Below are positions 30,568-39,633 of a DNA stretch of 64,000 nt, in pieces. Each line of letters opens with the position of its first letter. Positions within the stretch are counted from its first letter, which is position 1. The stretch covers positions 48,198-112,197 of IMG/VR virus record IMGVR_UViG_3300032268_001296. One strand, written 5' to 3'. The position numbers were made by a program, and so were the translations under genes. Under the pieces are notes generated by a model. That model saw nothing but the letters and a program-made list of their open reading frames with translations. It searched no databases and had not been told where the DNA came from. This stretch comes from a virus.

Positions 30568-31325
30568 AGTTCGTTACTTTCTAATCTTGTCATCAAAGAA
30601 TCAAATGAATCTTTGTCAGAAGCTTGATTAAAGAACCAGAAAGCTAGAATTGTCGCAGCCTTCTTAGTAATCAAGAAATACAACGGATCTTCAGATTCTT
30701 CTCTACGATAATATTCTTCAAGACGATCTTCAAAATCCCCACTGCCAAAATATGAAGATGGAGATTCTTCCCCTTCCTCTTGAATGTAAGTCAACATAAT
30801 AACATACCAAAGAATAAGTCTATTTTGAGCTTTAACATCTGCGGTATGATCAAAGAGTGATTGATAATTAGATTCAAATTCTACAATTTGGCGACGAACA
30901 TTTGCGAGTTCAGTTGTAATTTCTTCAACTCGCGCCTTTTGCTTGTCAGTCTTGTTTTGAATAATCTCTAATCTTGAATACTCATTTTGAATATCAAAAA
31001 CCTTTTTGTAAGAATCTACCAAAGACTTAGCATCATCTTCGCTCATTAAGCCTCCTGTATCACTATACTTTTTAGCCAACATAGCTTTTGTCAGGATGCC
31101 CTTTTTGACACACTTACTCATTTCAACACTAAACTCAAGTTCAGCTTCTTCTAATTCTCTACGAGAAGGTCTCTTCAATTTAATCGTAACTGGAACTGAA
31201 GTTTTGATCTTCTTTTTGACCGTGATTTCTTCTTTGGTCTTCTTGTCAATCTTTGTTGTTACTTCTTCCTTTTCGATTTCCTTATCAACACTGAAGCTAT
31301 ATAGCTCTTTGATTTTGTTTTCCAT
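30564..31325 (-). CDS. hypothetical protein, probable tail assembly chaperone
   Basis: 253 aa, coiled coil; position upstream of tape measure. Confidence 0.5.
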   Translation of the reverse strand: MENKIKELYSFSVDKEIEKEEVTTKIDKKTKEEITVKKKIKTSVPVTIKLKRPSRRELEEAELEFSVEMSKCVKKGILTKAMLAKKYSDTGGLMSEDDAKSLVDSYKKVFDIQNEYSRLEIIQNKTDKQKARVEEITTELANVRRQIVEFESNYQSLFDHTADVKAQNRLILWYVIMLTYIQEEGEESPSSYFGSGDFEDRLEEYYRREESEDPLYFLITKKAATILAFWFFNQASDKDSFDSLMTRLESNEL

Positions 31326-31326
31326 T

Positions 31327-31620
31327 TTAGTTATTTTTAAATATAAAGCTTACTGTATAATTTTCCATTTCAGATGAGAAATCTCTTAAAGAATCGTTGC
31401 CACAGTCAAGTATTTTTTTTCTTATCCATGCAAACTTCTTTTCGTCAAAGTGATTTGCAGTATTTATGATAGAATGATATTCTTGTGGAATATTATCATA
31501 AAGCTTATCATAATGATAATCATGATCCGCCTTCATATCTTCAACAATCTTTAACATGTCTTTAAATATAGACGTTACTGACTGTTTATACCGTTTTTCT
31601 AAAAAAAATTGACCATTCAT
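31327..31620 (-). CDS. hypothetical protein
   Basis: 97-aa ORF heading the leftward operon. Confidence 0.6.
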   Translation of the reverse strand: MNGQFFLEKRYKQSVTSIFKDMLKIVEDMKADHDYHYDKLYDNIPQEYHSIINTANHFDEKKFAWIRKKILDCGNDSLRDFSSEMENYTVSFIFKNN

Positions 31621-31665
31621 CCTTATGCCTTAATTTATAATAGATAAAAAAGTGTAAAATTCAAT

Positions 31666-32124
31666 ATGCCAAGTTTAATAAATATCGCAAATCAATTAAA
31701 AGTAACATCCGCTTTTGCAAATTTGCACGATACATTCTCACGAGAGATTACTGTTTATAAAAATTCTAAACAAGTAACTATCTCAAGTTCTGCTCAATAT
31801 AATTCTATTTATGGAAATGCTGGAGCTTATAGCAACACTACAAATCAAACAGTGTCTTCCAAATTCATGGCGAGAATCTACTACATAAAGATGGACGAAG
31901 AATTCTTGTCAGACTCAAGCTCCAATAAAGGATCTCAGAACAAGATAATAATGCCACAAGGATCTGTTAAGATTGTTGTAGATCCAGCTGGTTATCTTTT
32001 TATAAAAGAAGCAAGAAAGGTTGAGTTTGATGGAAAAACCTTTTCAATCAAAAGCGACGGAATTCCAATGGGTCTTTTTGAAAATCAATACTACGAATTC
32101 TTTTTAACTCCATTAGATGAATAA
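31666..32124 (+). CDS. putative head-closure/neck protein
   Basis: Size, beta-rich C-terminus (VEFDGKTFSI), position before tail tube. Confidence 0.5.
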   Translation: MPSLINIANQLKVTSAFANLHDTFSREITVYKNSKQVTISSSAQYNSIYGNAGAYSNTTNQTVSSKFMARIYYIKMDEEFLSDSSSNKGSQNKIIMPQGSVKIVVDPAGYLFIKEARKVEFDGKTFSIKSDGIPMGLFENQYYEFFLTPLDE

Positions 32125-32723
32125 TGAAAATACCAAAGCAAGTATTAGACAGTATTAATTCTCAAGCTGGTAAGATTCTAAGATCTCAAGTAGAAGATGA
32201 TTTGCGAGATATCGTCAATGATATAAAAAAACAAATGATTGAAGAATTTATGAATCATCCCATAACTGAAGAAATTATGAATGGCTACAATGCCCAAAAC
32301 ACATCTAATACTTTAGGCGGTTATGGTAATTTATTTTCTTTTATTGGGTTTGATTCTGGCGATGCACCAATTATTCCTATAATTGAAATGCTGGAAAAAA
32401 CAAACGTATCATTTAATAGAACTTCTAAAAACATTACAACTGCTAACATTTTTATTCCGTCTGCCCGCGAAATATTTGCTCAAACTCCTATGCCTTGGGC
32501 CAATGGAAGAAGTTGGGCCAAAGGAATAGAATCTGGAATTTCTGGATTAGGATTTTATCTTAATTCTTACGGAAAAGGCAACTCTAACGCTGGTATTCAA
32601 GTTGAATCAAAAATGAGAAGCGGTCGCTTTAAAAACGTTCCATACATATCAGCTTTAATAAATAAGTACAGAGCACTTTTCTCTAAAATTAATTACGAAC
32701 AAATAAAAATAAAATTATCATGA
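32124..32723 (+). CDS. putative neck/tail completion protein
   Basis: Synteny within the neck-tube block. Confidence 0.45.
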   Translation: MKIPKQVLDSINSQAGKILRSQVEDDLRDIVNDIKKQMIEEFMNHPITEEIMNGYNAQNTSNTLGGYGNLFSFIGFDSGDAPIIPIIEMLEKTNVSFNRTSKNITTANIFIPSAREIFAQTPMPWANGRSWAKGIESGISGLGFYLNSYGKGNSNAGIQVESKMRSGRFKNVPYISALINKYRALFSKINYEQIKIKLS

Positions 32724-33568
32724 TTGAACAATTTCAACACAGAGCAACAACATCATTCATGCTTTGGTTTGACAACTTTTTGCTAAAAAAAGGTCAAGCA
32801 TTCAGCAATCAAACGGGTGTATTTCACAGGTATTCTGACGATAGATTAGATGATAGATATAAAGCTTTTGGCAGTGCTTATAAACAGTGGGTTACTGACT
32901 CTTCAATCAATGGAGCTGTTGTTCCTTCTGGTGTTTATGTAAACGGAGTTTTTCAACCAAGAAGTAATAGTCTTCTTTTGGATTTTGAAAATGGACGAGC
33001 TTTAATTAGTGGAGTATCTAACGCTGCATCAGTTACTGGATCTTTTGCGGTAAAAGACTTTAACATATACTTCACAAATGATGGAGAAGATGATCTGCTC
33101 GTAGATAAAAAGTACAATTCTAATCCAAGAGTTTATTCTGCGCCAAATACATATGTAGAACCATATGATCAAGTAGTTCCAGCTATATTCATTTCGAGCC
33201 AATCAATGAGGAATGATCCTTTTGCTTTCGGCGGCGAAGATACTACTAAGATCTCAATGAAAGCTGTTGTGCTTGCTGAAAATCCTTATCAATTAGATGG
33301 AGTTCTTTCTATTTTTGCTGATTCTTACAATGAAGTTATTCCTAATATTCCATATTCTGGCAATCCAATTACTGAGTATGGAGATATTAAAAATGGGAAC
33401 TTTTCTTACGAAAATTTAAAAACTCAATATGCAGGAAATCAATTCTTTTTTATTGAAGAAGTTGATACTTCAAAGTTGACAGATAAAGCTCGAAAATCTT
33501 TAGCAAATGATTTGTATATTGGCTTCATTGATTTCGAAATACATCAACAAAGAATGCCTAGAGAATAA
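32720..33568 (+). CDS. putative tail terminator/neck protein
   Basis: VPAIFIS motif; directly upstream of tail tube. Confidence 0.45.
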   Translation: MIEQFQHRATTSFMLWFDNFLLKKGQAFSNQTGVFHRYSDDRLDDRYKAFGSAYKQWVTDSSINGAVVPSGVYVNGVFQPRSNSLLLDFENGRALISGVSNAASVTGSFAVKDFNIYFTNDGEDDLLVDKKYNSNPRVYSAPNTYVEPYDQVVPAIFISSQSMRNDPFAFGGEDTTKISMKAVVLAENPYQLDGVLSIFADSYNEVIPNIPYSGNPITEYGDIKNGNFSYENLKTQYAGNQFFFIEEVDTSKLTDKARKSLANDLYIGFIDFEIHQQRMPRE

Positions 33569-33622
33569 AAATAATTTCACGTTTAGTATTTGAAAATGTA
33601 AACAAAATAAAGATAAAAAATT

Positions 33623-34759
33623 ATGGCACGTAACCGAGTAATTTACCAATCAGAAGCTTTATATGTTAGTGAAGACATTCTTTCCACTGCTACTGGAAAG
33701 CATAGACAGCTTGATCGCGTTCAAAGCGCTAATTATAACTTTTCAATTAGTCGTCAAGATATTAACCAATACGGTGAATTAGCTCGTATTGATTCTGTTG
33801 TTCTTGATCCACCAACTGTTAATCTTGACTTTTCTTACTATTTAACTGACGGTACAAACGAAAGAGCTTTAGGATTCTATGTACAAACTGGAGCTGGAGG
33901 CACTACTGGAAACTTCCCTTCTGGTCACATGACTGCTACCAGCGGCAAGAACTTCTTCATTGTTACCACAGCAGAAGGAAATGATCATAATAGCAACACA
34001 ACAATCGCAAACACTAAGTCAGTTATTGGCATCGGTAATGGATTCTTGTCTGATTATACTCTTGATTTAGCTGTTGGAAGCTTGCCAACTGTTTCTGTAA
34101 CGATTGAAGCTGCTAACATTGTAGCTACTGGAGTAACGTTAACAACTGGATCTGGAATTTCAGGTATTAATCCAGCAATCAATCCTACTGATGGCGCATC
34201 TTATGCTTCAACTGGCATTGCTCTTCCATCTGGAGCTAGCAATCTTGGAAATGGCGGAATTAGCGCTCTTAGACCTGGTGATGTAACTCTTACATTTGGA
34301 AATATTACTGGCGCTGGATCTGGTGTTATTGCGGATTTAGCAAACAATGCAGACGGCATTCACATTCAAAGCGCAAGCTTGTCAATTCCTCTTTCACGCA
34401 GTCCATTGCAGCGTCTTGGAACTAGATTCCCATTTGCTAGAACAGTTGATTTCCCAGTAAGCTCAACTTTAACAGTTAATGCAATTGTTAATGAAATCAC
34501 TGCTGAAAACTTAGCAGCAGTTCTTGATTCGAACATTACAACTGATTTAACATTAACTATCAAAAAGCCAGGAACTTCAGGAGCTACTAATGCTATGATT
34601 TATAACATTAAAGGAGCTAAGCTTGATAGTGAATCATTCAGCTCAAGCATTGGTTCTAATAAGACTGTTGATCTTGTTTTCTCTACTCAAATCGGTGGAC
34701 CCAACGATCTTGATCATGGTGTCTTTGTAAGCGGTATTGGAAGCGGCTCAGTATTCTAA
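33623..34759 (+). CDS. major tail tube protein
   Basis: Gly/Thr/Ser-rich beta protein MARNRVIYQSEALYV, own upstream ATGTAA motif and downstream terminator. Confidence 0.7.
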   Translation: MARNRVIYQSEALYVSEDILSTATGKHRQLDRVQSANYNFSISRQDINQYGELARIDSVVLDPPTVNLDFSYYLTDGTNERALGFYVQTGAGGTTGNFPSGHMTATSGKNFFIVTTAEGNDHNSNTTIANTKSVIGIGNGFLSDYTLDLAVGSLPTVSVTIEAANIVATGVTLTTGSGISGINPAINPTDGASYASTGIALPSGASNLGNGGISALRPGDVTLTFGNITGAGSGVIADLANNADGIHIQSASLSIPLSRSPLQRLGTRFPFARTVDFPVSSTLTVNAIVNEITAENLAAVLDSNITTDLTLTIKKPGTSGATNAMIYNIKGAKLDSESFSSSIGSNKTVDLVFSTQIGGPNDLDHGVFVSGIGSGSVF

Positions 34760-34780
34760 TTATAACTCTCATCAAATAAC

Positions 34781-34812
34781 AAAAAAGCTGGCAGAAATGC
34801 CAGCTTTTTTTG
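34781..34812. terminator. bidirectional intrinsic terminator
   Basis: AAAAAAGCTGGCA-GAAA-TGCCAGCTTTTTT between convergent genes. Confidence 0.85.
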
Positions 34813-34835
34813 TATACTTTATTTTGAAATATAAC

Positions 34836-35291
34836 TTATATAGTAATATTGTCAGCTTCTATTCCCCCAAGTTGTAGAGGCTGCGATTGGTATATATTGT
34901 AGTAATGAGAAAGCTTTTCAACCTTCTTATCACTTTCTTCTGCAAGACTTTTATAAACCTTGGATACTTCGTTTTTATTAGTGAATGTAACAGAGCTATT
35001 GCCATCTCTCAAACTTAGAATATCAGAGCCATTGGTGTTGCCAACTAATCCTCTTAAAGCATTACGAGATTGTTTTCTATAGTAGTTTCCCATGTATAAT
35101 TCTTTGTAAATAGCTTGAGACTCAAGATCTAACTCAGCATCAACTCCACTATAAGAAGTATTAATTCTTGCGTTTAATTCCCCGAGATTAGCAAAAAGCC
35201 AAGCCTCAATATAAGATTGATACATATTTCCTGTATCTCCGTCAAACTCTGTTCGAAAAATATTTAATGCCAAATCACTAAGAACACTCAT
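34836..35291 (-). CDS. putative head-tail adaptor
   Basis: 151 aa; ILSLRDGNSSVTF strand resembles adaptor proteins; downstream of capsid gene. Confidence 0.55.
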   Translation of the reverse strand: MSVLSDLALNIFRTEFDGDTGNMYQSYIEAWLFANLGELNARINTSYSGVDAELDLESQAIYKELYMGNYYRKQSRNALRGLVGNTNGSDILSLRDGNSSVTFTNKNEVSKVYKSLAEESDKKVEKLSHYYNIYQSQPLQLGGIEADNITI

Positions 35292-35305
35292 ACAATATAT
35301 TACAC

Positions 35306-35761
35306 TTAAATATCTCCAAGGATTTTTAATAATTTAGCATGTTTTGGATTGTTTGGATCTGGAACAAAACTATTCACTGGTGATGGCATAATGTTGCGGC
35401 GACTGTTCTTTGTATACGCTTGGAATTCTCTGATTAGATTTTTCTTTAAAGTGGGATATTCATGAAATGGATTAATGCCGATCTTGTTTGCGAGTCTTTG
35501 CAAATCAGTGATAGACATTTCTTTGAGATTCTGCTCAAAAATCTCAAGTTCATTTGTTCCGAATGGACTGATTTGAGATACACCGAGAATAACTTCTAGT
35601 TCTCTCATGTTTTGAACGAATTCTGGAGTATTCACTTGACCGTTGGCTCTCATATGCGAAATTCGTTCAATCAATCCTTGTGGATTGCTAGATCCGTTTG
35701 TTGTTTGAATTTCTGGCTTCAATGCGCCGTTGGTTTCTTCGATTTTCTTTTTTCTAGGCAT
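35306..35761 (-). CDS. hypothetical protein
   Basis: 151 aa with an MSITDLQRLANKIGI helix motif; TATAAT 5 nt upstream of the ATG. Confidence 0.6.
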   Translation of the reverse strand: MPRKKKIEETNGALKPEIQTTNGSSNPQGLIERISHMRANGQVNTPEFVQNMRELEVILGVSQISPFGTNELEIFEQNLKEMSITDLQRLANKIGINPFHEYPTLKKNLIREFQAYTKNSRRNIMPSPVNSFVPDPNNPKHAKLLKILGDI

Positions 35762-35795
35762 ACTTTATTATATCTTAAAACTCATGTTTTTAAAC

Positions 35796-35828
35796 AAAAA
35801 AGAGCCGCCCCGTTAAGGGCGGCTCTTG
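35796..35828 (-). terminator. intrinsic terminator after major capsid gene
   Basis: Minus strand AAGAGCCGCCC-loop-GGGCGGCTCTTTTT. Confidence 0.8.
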
Positions 35829-35844
35829 GGAGGATTTATCGCTA

Positions 35845-36969
35845 TTAAGCAAGACCAGAAACGATCTTACCAACGAGAGCGCGAGTATCGAGAACCATAC
35901 GACCTTCTTCAAGAGAGCCGAAGTAACCGATCTTGCTCTGACGAACGCTGTATTGATCATCAGCGGTAAGAGAGAACTCAGAACCGTTTTCAGAATCAAC
36001 AGCAACTGCGCGAATAAGAGAATCACGGCTACGATCAAGACCGATGATGATTTCTTCAGCAGTATCATCGAATTGAGCGGAATTGCCACCAGCAGCATTT
36101 GTGAATGCAGTAGTTCCAGCAACTGCGTTAAAGACAGTGTTGAAGCGCTGACCCTTACCAAGCTCATTGATTTCCATGATGGAAACACCGTAGAACTCAG
36201 GAATACCTGCGCTGTTGTAGATAGAGGTTCTCATATCTTCTGGAGCAGGAATATCTGTCTTAGTTCCTTGGGTATTGATTGGATTGTAAGCCATTGCACG
36301 AAGTTCTTGAACAACTTCTGGAGAAACAATGATATCAGTCAAGCCACGACCTTGGCGAGCTTCTGGAGTACCACCAAGCCATGAGGTATTGATTCTCTTG
36401 GCAAGAGTGAAGAGTTCGTTAAGATCCGCAAGCAAGAAGCGACCATTAGTATTTGCACGCTGAACGTGCTTCTTACCATTGGTTTGTGCGTTAGCAAGTG
36501 AACCTAAAAGAAGGTTAGCGGAAGTCTTCTCTTGCTTGAAGAGAATTTCTTGTGCAAGACGAGTAAATGTCTTGCTGATAACATCCATACGGCTCTTAGC
36601 AGCATAGCGCTTGTCGAAGCTCAATGCAGAATCAAGAGTATAGGTGTGGATCTTCATTTCAGAAACAGTTGGTAAAACTTGGTTCTGAGGAAGGCCACCA
36701 GCTGCGCTTTGGCTATATACTGTAATATAGTCTTCAGCAGCTACGTCGTAGTATAAATCGAGCGGAATGCTTGGGCTGTCATCAGCATTGAATTGAAGTG
36801 GAGTGAACAAGTTGCTCAAGGTAGGAGCATTGTTGATAACTTCAGCTAAAACTGGACCGATGAATTCAGCAAGAGCAACTTGAGCTTCAACCGCAACACT
36901 GCGATTTTTTGAAGCCATAGCCTTGATTAGTTCGATTTGTTCAGGAGTTCTTTTTAAAGTAATTTTCAT
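35845..36969 (-). CDS. major capsid protein
   Basis: 374 aa, canonical order portal-protease-decoration-MCP, DIIVSPE and IPEFYGVSI motifs, terminator downstream. Confidence 0.8.
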   Translation of the reverse strand: MKITLKRTPEQIELIKAMASKNRSVAVEAQVALAEFIGPVLAEVINNAPTLSNLFTPLQFNADDSPSIPLDLYYDVAAEDYITVYSQSAAGGLPQNQVLPTVSEMKIHTYTLDSALSFDKRYAAKSRMDVISKTFTRLAQEILFKQEKTSANLLLGSLANAQTNGKKHVQRANTNGRFLLADLNELFTLAKRINTSWLGGTPEARQGRGLTDIIVSPEVVQELRAMAYNPINTQGTKTDIPAPEDMRTSIYNSAGIPEFYGVSIMEINELGKGQRFNTVFNAVAGTTAFTNAAGGNSAQFDDTAEEIIIGLDRSRDSLIRAVAVDSENGSEFSLTADDQYSVRQSKIGYFGSLEEGRMVLDTRALVGKIVSGLA

Positions 36970-36991
36970 ATTTAAATTTTTCTAGGTTAAA

Positions 36992-37645
36992 TTAGAGACC
37001 AAGACCAACGATAGCGTAGCTTCCTGTAAGTGGATCAGAAAGGTTAGCGGTTGAAGTGCTTGCAGCGCGTGAACCAGTAGCGATAACAAGAGCAACTCTT
37101 GTTGGATCGGTAATAGCGCAACCAGTAAGCTTTCCGCTAACACCAGATGGAAGCTTAAGACCTCCACCAACACCGATTTGACCAGCGCCAGTTCCGATAG
37201 CTCCAGCAAATGCGGAAGCAGCAAGAGTGAAGACACCGCGAGTTGCAACTGGAACAGCTTGACCTGGAAGCATGCACATAAGCTCTTCAGCTTTTTGTGG
37301 GTAGTAAAGAAGCTTCTCGCCGTTTTCGTCAAGCTTTGCAGTTTGGCAAAGAGTCATACCAACAAGCGCATCACCAGAAGTAGCTGGCTTAAGGCTTAAG
37401 GTAACTCTTGGGTATTGGTTTCTTCCAACATGTGGATAATCAGTCTTGCCAAGATATGATGAATAAGCATCATCATAGGTAATTGTATCAAGGTTTAAGT
37501 TGCCGCTTTCAATGGTAACGAAAACGCCAGCGTCTCCGTTGCCAGTAACGTTAGTATATTCATTAACGTATCCAGTTCCAAGAGCGAACATGTTGATAAC
37601 GTCAGTTTCGTTATATTGTCTGAATGGTAATGTTCTAAGTGCCAT
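36992..37645 (-). CDS. capsid decoration/cement protein
   Basis: GQAVPVATRGVF; lies between scaffold and MCP. Confidence 0.6.
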   Translation of the reverse strand: MALRTLPFRQYNETDVINMFALGTGYVNEYTNVTGNGDAGVFVTIESGNLNLDTITYDDAYSSYLGKTDYPHVGRNQYPRVTLSLKPATSGDALVGMTLCQTAKLDENGEKLLYYPQKAEELMCMLPGQAVPVATRGVFTLAASAFAGAIGTGAGQIGVGGGLKLPSGVSGKLTGCAITDPTRVALVIATGSRAASTSTANLSDPLTGSYAIVGLGL

Positions 37646-37665
37646 ATAATTAGTTTTTTAGATTT

Positions 37666-39228
37666 TTAGGAAATAGTAATGTTGTTGCGAGAAAATGCAC
37701 TTGCAAACTTTTCGCGTAAAGATTTATTTTCTTTTGAAGATTCTTCATTAGAGTTTGGGAGAGCGCTTTCTGAAGCTTGAGCCTTTTCCAAGGCTTCTTC
37801 AGCAAGTTCTTTATCAGTTTTTACTTCAGAAGCTGTCGAAACAGAAGCGAGCTTTTTAGCAACTTCAGCATCGATTCTTTCTTGAATGTCTTTTTCATAA
37901 GAAGCTCTAACTTCTTTATTCTTGTGCTTCCACATGATAGAAAGCTTTTCTTGGTAAGAAGCAAAAGCTTCTTCCGAAGAATCAAGAGACTTGAGATCAT
38001 CAACAAGAACCTTGCGGTCTTCGTCATCAAGATCATAGCTGTTGTCGATAGCTTCCATTCTTGCGTTGAAACGAGCAACTGCCTCTTCTTGCTTTTTGAA
38101 ATTTTCGAATTCGGAAATTCTCTGAGATGCTTCGCCAATTTGAGCTTGAAGCTTTTCTACAGAAGCTTTAAGTTCTTCACGCTCTTTGATTGCTGCGGCA
38201 GCTTCTTCTTCTGCTTTTGTAAGAGAAGCACGATATTCTACATCTTTTTGTTTAATAGCTTCAGCAAATGTGTTAGTCATATTTGCCACAGCTTCTTCTG
38301 AGAATTTCTTCTCAACAAGAAGATCTTTAAGTTCGGAAAGGACTTTTTCAATATCCATAATAGTTTCTTTTTTGTTTTTTACATTAGCTAAATCTATTTG
38401 GGAAATAGACGATTCAGTTTTTTTAAATAAATCTTTCTTTTTTATATCGAAATATAATTTTTTATCTCTTTTATCTTTTATTTCAACCATAGAAGAAGAT
38501 TCATTATCTGAATATAAACCTTTTACATCTGCGGCTGGATTAGTTGTGAAGCCAATTCCCAAAGGATAAATTTCTCCTTTAAGCAAACGATAGATGTTTG
38601 TGCCATCGTCTAATTTTCCAGATCCACCATAAGCCTTAAGTCTTTTTCTCATTTCTTCAAACTGCTTTGGATTTTTTATTATCTCAGCATCTTTTAAATC
38701 AGAACTTCCAACAGCAATAACGAAATCGCTGAAACCAACTTCCCAACTTGTTGAAATAGATTGATACATAGTATCTTCAGGATCTACTGAGCGCTCAATT
38801 AATTTTGCAAACTCTTTGTTTGCGTATTTGTATACAACTGCTCCTAATGAGATATTGTATGGATCGTTTTTATTAATAGCTTCCTCGATATCTATCATCG
38901 AGTTGGTTCCATATTCACTAAATCCAGCGCTAACAATATGCCCAACTACTTTAGACTTATCGTGTTCTATGTTTGTTGGTTTATGTAAGAAATTTTTAAT
39001 TACTCTTGCTGCTGTAGCGGAATCCATGCCGTCGTCATTCTTATTAAACTTATTAATAACTGCGGCATTGAAAGCGGTTCCAAGAATATCTATATTTTCA
39101 GAAAAATCGATATCTTTTGGAAGCAATGGTTTTAAATTTTCTAAAGAAGCTTTTGAAATAAAAGACTCATCTCCCTTGACACAAGAAAGAATTGACGATT
39201 CAAATTTCGTGGTGTATTTATGCTTCAT
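37666..39228 (-). CDS. prohead protease fused to scaffold
   Basis: FNKNDDG, KPTNIEH..VVGHI, STSWEVGF, GIGFTTNPAA, then a long acidic coiled coil. Confidence 0.75.
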   Translation of the reverse strand: MKHKYTTKFESSILSCVKGDESFISKASLENLKPLLPKDIDFSENIDILGTAFNAAVINKFNKNDDGMDSATAARVIKNFLHKPTNIEHDKSKVVGHIVSAGFSEYGTNSMIDIEEAINKNDPYNISLGAVVYKYANKEFAKLIERSVDPEDTMYQSISTSWEVGFSDFVIAVGSSDLKDAEIIKNPKQFEEMRKRLKAYGGSGKLDDGTNIYRLLKGEIYPLGIGFTTNPAADVKGLYSDNESSSMVEIKDKRDKKLYFDIKKKDLFKKTESSISQIDLANVKNKKETIMDIEKVLSELKDLLVEKKFSEEAVANMTNTFAEAIKQKDVEYRASLTKAEEEAAAAIKEREELKASVEKLQAQIGEASQRISEFENFKKQEEAVARFNARMEAIDNSYDLDDEDRKVLVDDLKSLDSSEEAFASYQEKLSIMWKHKNKEVRASYEKDIQERIDAEVAKKLASVSTASEVKTDKELAEEALEKAQASESALPNSNEESSKENKSLREKFASAFSRNNITIS

Positions 39229-39240
39229 ATTTAAAAATCA

Positions 39241-39633
39241 TTAGTCTTCTTCTTCCATTTCTTCCTCTTCTTTTGTTTCTTTATTCTCATGAGAAGCTGG
39301 ATCTGATGGTTTATCCATCTTTTTAAGAATAGCTTTTTGAAGAGCTGGTGGAAGTTTTTTCTGTGCTGGAGTCAATTCCCCAGAATCACTTTCTTCCATA
39401 AGTGTAGCTTGCATTTTATCAAATTGAAGCATACAAGCTTTTGTTGTTGATTCATCGTCCATATCAGTTGTATCAACAAGAGCTTTATCATCTGAAGCGC
39501 ATGCACTCATGAATGATTTGTATACAGCGGCTTTTTTATCTGCCATCTTAGCAAGAGATACTTGAACCTCTCCGTTTTTAATTTCCACTGTTTTTTCAAG
39601 TGGCACTTTAATATCTTCTGGATTAATTTTCAT
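39241..39633 (-). CDS. hypothetical protein
   Basis: 130 aa; LTPAQKKLPPALQKAILKK, acidic tail. Confidence 0.6.
   Translation of the reverse strand: MKINPEDIKVPLEKTVEIKNGEVQVSLAKMADKKAAVYKSFMSACASDDKALVDTTDMDDESTTKACMLQFDKMQATLMEESDSGELTPAQKKLPPALQKAILKKMDKPSDPASHENKETKEEEEMEEED

Noticed and set aside
29590-31325. Programmed frameshift between tail chaperones
   Set aside because: The genes overlap by a simple ATGA-type junction and no convincing slippery heptamer was seen near the stop.
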